NCBI GenBank assembly: GCA_950097015.1
Contig: CATNEN010000001.1
Location: 1,364,001-1,428,000 of the forward strand
Source: Macrostomum hystrix
Taxonomy: Eukaryota; Animalia; Platyhelminthes
Reading direction: 5' to 3'
Length of the DNA: 64,000 nucleotides
Below, piece after piece: positions 59,501 to 64,000 of this stretch (positions are counted from its first letter, which is position 1; every line of letters starts with the position of its first letter). Below the pieces are notes generated by a model. The model ran no database searches, was not told the DNA's origin, and worked only from the letters and a program-made list of their open reading frames with translations. Position numbers and translations under genes: made by a program.

Positions 59501-62500
59501 TGTACGTTCGATTTTAAAATCGCCTACAACTCCAGCTGCTGCTCCTACTACACCAGCTGCACCATTGCTGGCTTCTGCGGCTGCAACAACAACTACAGTC
59601 ACGCCGCCCTGTTTAAAGTCTCCTCCGCCGCCGCCACCGCAGGCTCCAACTGCTTCAGCGATTGTTGCGTCCGGTGCTAGCAGCAAGACGGCGACGATTA
59701 TTTCGCCGGTGTCAAAATCTACGCCCGGTTCAACGCAGGCTTCAACTAATGCGTACTCGCTCAATCAGAATGTGGCAAAGCGAAAGACGCCAGATCATCA
59801 TCATCAGCAGCATTTGCACACTGCCGATCAGCCTAGCGAAGCCAAGAAGCTCAAATTGAAATCAGAGCGAAGGCCGTCAATCGTTGATGTGCTATTTAAG
59901 CCAGACAACCAACAGCAGCAGCAGCAGCAGCAGCAGCATCACCAAGCATCTGGCAGTGGTCAGTCAACATCAGTGCAATCTTCATCCACCGCGCCATCTG
60001 CGGCCACGACTGCTTCTGCCAAGAAGAAGCATGCTGAACGCAGTAAACAGGAGACTGGTCAGCATCCGGCTGCATCATCAAAGTCCGCGTCTGGCAACGC
60101 CAATAATCATTCAATTGGTGCTGGCAAATCAGCTAAGCTAGTCGATTCTAAGGACAGCAAAGAGCATCGAAAACAGCAGCAGCAGCAGCAGCAGCCTGCG
60201 CCTTCGGTAGCAGTGAAGGCCGAAAAATCTACTGTAAGCGAGCAACAGCAGCAGCAGCAGCGACAGCGTGCCTCTCTATCCTCTTCATCTGAAGAGTCTC
60301 GTCGCGCCGCTAAAGACGCCGCCAGGGCGCGCAAAGAGGAGCGACGTCGGCTACGTCGGGAAGCCAGTGAGGCCGCCGCTGCTGAAGCCGCGGCCGCCTC
60401 CGCTGCAGCGGTAGCAGCAGCCGTAGCAGCCTCCACCGCGGCCGCATCCTCAACGCCCAGGCTGCCAGGCAAAACTGCACGATTGAGCAGCATCGATGAA
60501 GCCTCACTTGGCGCCAGCGCTAAGAAGAAGACTCGCCTAGAGAAGTCTATTTCCGCTGATGCCACCACTGAATCAAATCGGCAGCAGCAGCAGCAGCAAA
60601 AGCCGTCCGCAAGTGTGTCTTCGAAGCGTAAAAAGAATTCGATTGTGTCGTCATCTGATTCTGATTCGGCCGACTGGAAGCCGACAACAGCTCGACAGAA
60701 TTCGGTTAGTAACAGCGTCAATAGTTCCCTAGTCTGGGCTGCCGAGTTCAGCGCAATGTCTCCTTATGAATCGATGTACGACAAAATCAAACGGCGGCAG
60801 GCTGGTCGAGCAACCGACGCTCCAGTTCGATCGGCCAGAGGATCCACTACAGACGCGGCAGCATCGGGCGCTACTGCTGAGCATCGCCGAGGCGGCGGCA
60901 GTTTAAAGAAAGCGAAACGGCTTAATGCGTCCTTAGCCGGTAAATTGACTTCCAAACCGCAGCAGCATCAGCGTGCCGCCAGTGATAGCGATTCAGATTC
61001 CGACGATGGCTCCGGCCGCAGCGACGAAGAAAATGAAGATGAGGCGGAAACTCCTCCGGCAATTGCTGCAGTTTCAACGCCCGCTCGTAGGCAACAGCAG
61101 CAGCGACCAACGCCAAAGAAGTCAACATCCACTGCCACAGTCAGCACTGGAAGCCGTAGCAGTAAGAAAAGTGCTAACCACAGCAGTAGCTCTAGCAGCA
61201 GCAGTAGCGCTAATAGCTCGAGCAGTAATGAGAGCAGAGCCAACTCCAGCAGTAGCGGCAGTGACAGCAGCGATGCTAAGGCTAAAGAGAAACGCGCAGC
61301 ACTACAGGTGCGGTCCTCGCCGCCAGCTGCCGGGAAACGAGCATCTCAATCTACCAAGCCAGCTGTTGCAGTTAAGACTCGGCCTGTAAGCGCAAGCAGC
61401 AGCAGCAGCAGCAGTAGTAGTAGTGACAGCAGTGACAGCGACGACACTAAAACTGCTGCAGATGTTAAACCATCTAAGGTGAAACTGTCTGCTGCGACTG
61501 CTTCCGCCGCGGCCGCCACCGCGTCTTCCGCGATCAAGAAGGAGCGCTCGACAGCCGCTACGGCTAGCAGGCGACCGAATTTTGCTACCTTAACTGGTCG
61601 GCCCTCGCCTGTAAAAACAACACCGCCGCCGCCTCCTGGTTCTTCGCTGACAGCCTCGTCGGCAGCGTCGGCCACTGCGTCGGCTTCGACGATTTCTCGG
61701 GGCAAAGTTCATCAACCCCAGCAGAAACTCTTTACTAGCGGCAACAAAAACAATAACAAAGGCAAGATGTCTGTTGACAGCGTGTTTGGTCAGCTATCGT
61801 CTGAATCTGACACTGGCGACTTGCACGGTGTTGATGACGAAGATGATGACTTCTTGCCCACGCCAGACGATGTTCGAACGCCATCAACCGTAGAGATGAC
61901 GCACGAGAGCCTGGCGGAGACAATCAGCGAGCCGTCGAGTCCGCTGAGGGTCCGATCTGCCACACGCCTCACGGACATCTTCGCCGAAGCCAAAGCCCAA
62001 TTAGATCCGCGATCTGTCACCGAGAAACAGCAGCCGCAGCAGCAGCAGCAAAAACAATATCAAAAGCAACAGTCGCTCTTTTCCAACTCTTCCGCCGCCT
62101 CCGACAAAGACATTGACGATGACGACGCGTTCATTCCGGCGCCAGATCTGCCACCGATTGAGCGCATCAACACTGACCAGCTCAAGACCTCGGCTAACTT
62201 GAGCGCGCGTCGGCTATTCGGCGAAGTCGATGACGATGACGACGAAGATGACGATGACGGGCCGCCGAATTTGGCCAGCGACTCGTCAGCTGCTGCGACA
62301 AATGCGTCAGGGGTGGCAGCATCTGTTTCGCCTGTCGGTAGCAAACTATCTAAGCCTCCGCTTCTGCCGTCTGCTACTCCTACTGCTGCTCCTGCTCCTG
62401 CTGCTGCTCCTGCTGCTGCTCCTGCTGCTGCTCCTGCTGCTGCTCCTGCTGCTGCTGCTGCTTCAGCTGCCGCGACTGCTGCATCTATTGCCACTGCGGC

Positions 62501-64000
62501 GTCCGATCTAGAAGCCACAGCTGCTCATGCTCTAGCTCAGCTGAGTCAGCAGCGTCAGCCACCTCAGCAGCAACATCATCCAGTCGTTGCGCCTGCGCTT
62601 CAGAAGCCGCTGCCGCCTGCGCCGCCGCAGACTCAACCGCACATCTCTCTGACTGGTCCAAGTATGCACCAGCATCAGCATCTGCAGCCGGCACAATTTC
62701 AATTCGCTCCGTCTATCAATGTCATGCCAACGACGACTTCAAGTGCCGCTCGCCACGCTGATCATCAGAATCAACCGCAGCAGCAGCACATTAACCTTCG
62801 GCCGCTCATTCCACCACCGCCGCCTTCAACAGCGTCCACTGTCACCGTGTCCTCATTGCCATCTTCGGCATCTGGCACGGCGACCCTGATTTCAACAGCT
62901 GGCAAAATTGCCCAGCCGCCAGTTGTCACAACCGAGGCGCTGATTTCTATGCATCAGCCGCACGGAGGATCGGCTACTGCTGGAACTCTGTTACCCAAGC
63001 TCACGGTATCCATTGCCGAACAGCTTGCTAAAGATTCGCCAGCCGATTCTATTCAGCGGCAGCAGCAGCAGCACCAGCTTCTTGCCAATCCGACTCATTC
63101 AGGGCCTCCTTCGCTGCCTCCGCTACCACTGCCGCAGCAGCATCAGCAGCAGCAGCAGCAGCAGCAACCGCCGCCACTTACAGCTGCTACTATAAAACTG
63201 AGCCATCCAAATCCACTGATGCGGCCTCGGCTGGAATCGGACACGACTGTCAAACAAGCTGCCAACGCCACCATCGCCCCAGCCTCCGCCTCCGCCGCAG
63301 CTACCACCAAGAGCTGGGAGATGCACCTGGAGAATACCTTCAACGATGTGCTGACGACAACTGCTTCAGCTGTAGTGCCAACTGCTGCAGCTCTACCTGC
63401 ATCGTTGGCGCCTTGCGCTACCAGTGCTGTCGGCGTAACTGTTGCTCTTCAACAGCAACAGCAGCAGCTGCCGGCCTTGTCTCAGCCTCTGCCGGCAAAT
63501 CAGACCCTGCTTCATCCAGCGACAAGTCAGCACCAGCTGCACCAGCTTCAGCATCACCAGCATCATCAGCAGCATCAGGCACATCAGCCAACTATCTGCC
63601 TGACTGGTGGCTTGCTTATCAACAGTGCCAGCTCGATGCCTGCAGCTGCGCCTACTGTAGCGCCATACAATACCGTCAGCGTTGCTCAGCGTCCACCAAA
63701 GCCTGTGCGCAAGCAGCCTCAGCCCATGGAGGCTCTCGCACTGCAGCACATCGACGATATCATCGCCGATGTTTTGGAGGGTCGCGTCGACTTGGAGAAG
63801 TACATGGACAGAGAAAAGTATCGCCATCTGCACATTGAAGAGGCTTCCACGCCAGGACCTTCGCTGCAGCATCCACCGGCTCCTGTATCTGCTGGACCCG
63901 TGCTGTTTAACCAGGGCCCTCTGCCGCCACTGGCGCCTACGCCGCAGCCTCAGCTCCAGCAGCAGCTACAAAAGCCGATGCTAATTGATCAACTGCCGAT
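47571..64000 (+). CDS. SPEN: Split ends / SHARP (Msx2-interacting protein), 5' part. Exons 47571-47653, 48588-48797, 53016-53146, 53254-53702, 55218-55705, 55822(or 55825)-56052, 56142-57308, 57803->64000
   Basis: MKEETRYLWISELP (cf. SPEN MVRETRHLWVGNLP); RRM1 SHGRILSTKI..VVSFLDTKTATKA; LKVCNLPDRLSDSSLQSGLYREFRR; PDEFHPRATRTLFVGNL; YAFVQFPDIKSV; LGFGRSPPTECLWLGNL; RRLQADFASQKCQ; SMYDKIKRR near 60771. The last exon reads open where sampled and the ORF track lists no closed ORF in its frame. The SPOC domain is expected beyond the window. Confidence 0.92.
53775..54420. repeat. 21-bp minisatellite (ACCTGTTCTTATCTAATATCC), ~28 copies decaying at the 3' end, SPEN intron
   Basis: Direct reading. 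Confidence 0.95.
62376..62462 (+). repeat. Coding 12-bp repeat (CCTGCTGCTGCT)n encoding (PAAA)n in SPEN
   Basis: Read in the SPEN frame as TPTAAPAPAAAPAAAPAAAPAAAPAAAAA. Confidence 0.8.

Noticed and set aside
62230-62511. Poly-leucine membrane-like ORF
   Set aside because: Alternative frame of the SPEN (PAAA)n repeat.

Overview
Eukaryotic (animal) genomic DNA with compact, intron-containing genes. GC-rich, polyQ/polyA-laden exons and minisatellite-filled introns resemble a free-living flatworm such as Macrostomum (inference only). Left to right: (1) the 3' part of a WDR7/Rabconnectin-3beta gene (+), whose intron holds an intact, very young 4.95-kb Ty3/Gypsy LTR retrotransposon (-) with identical 177-bp LTRs, a GTAA TSD, a tRNA-Leu PBS and a -1 frameshift/pseudoknot; (2) a 5'-truncated LINE inserted in a minisatellite; (3) TMEM218 (+); (4) a 6-exon calmodulin-like gene (+); (5) a two-exon gene (-), not visible as a whole in the ORF track, for a 129-aa secreted PAN/apple-domain protein whose single 17.6-kb intron is almost entirely a phase-locked 16-bp satellite (~1,089 units) with higher-order structure; (6) a foldback/MITE-like element; (7) SLC2A13/HMIT (+) with an intronic CORE-type tRNA-SINE; (8) the 5' part of spen/SHARP (+), with four RRMs and a >6-kb low-complexity exon running off the window. 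About 17 different minisatellite arrays occupy introns and gene flanks, several sharing a GAGAT(GAGAC) core. Gene names come from recalled motif similarity, not from database searches.
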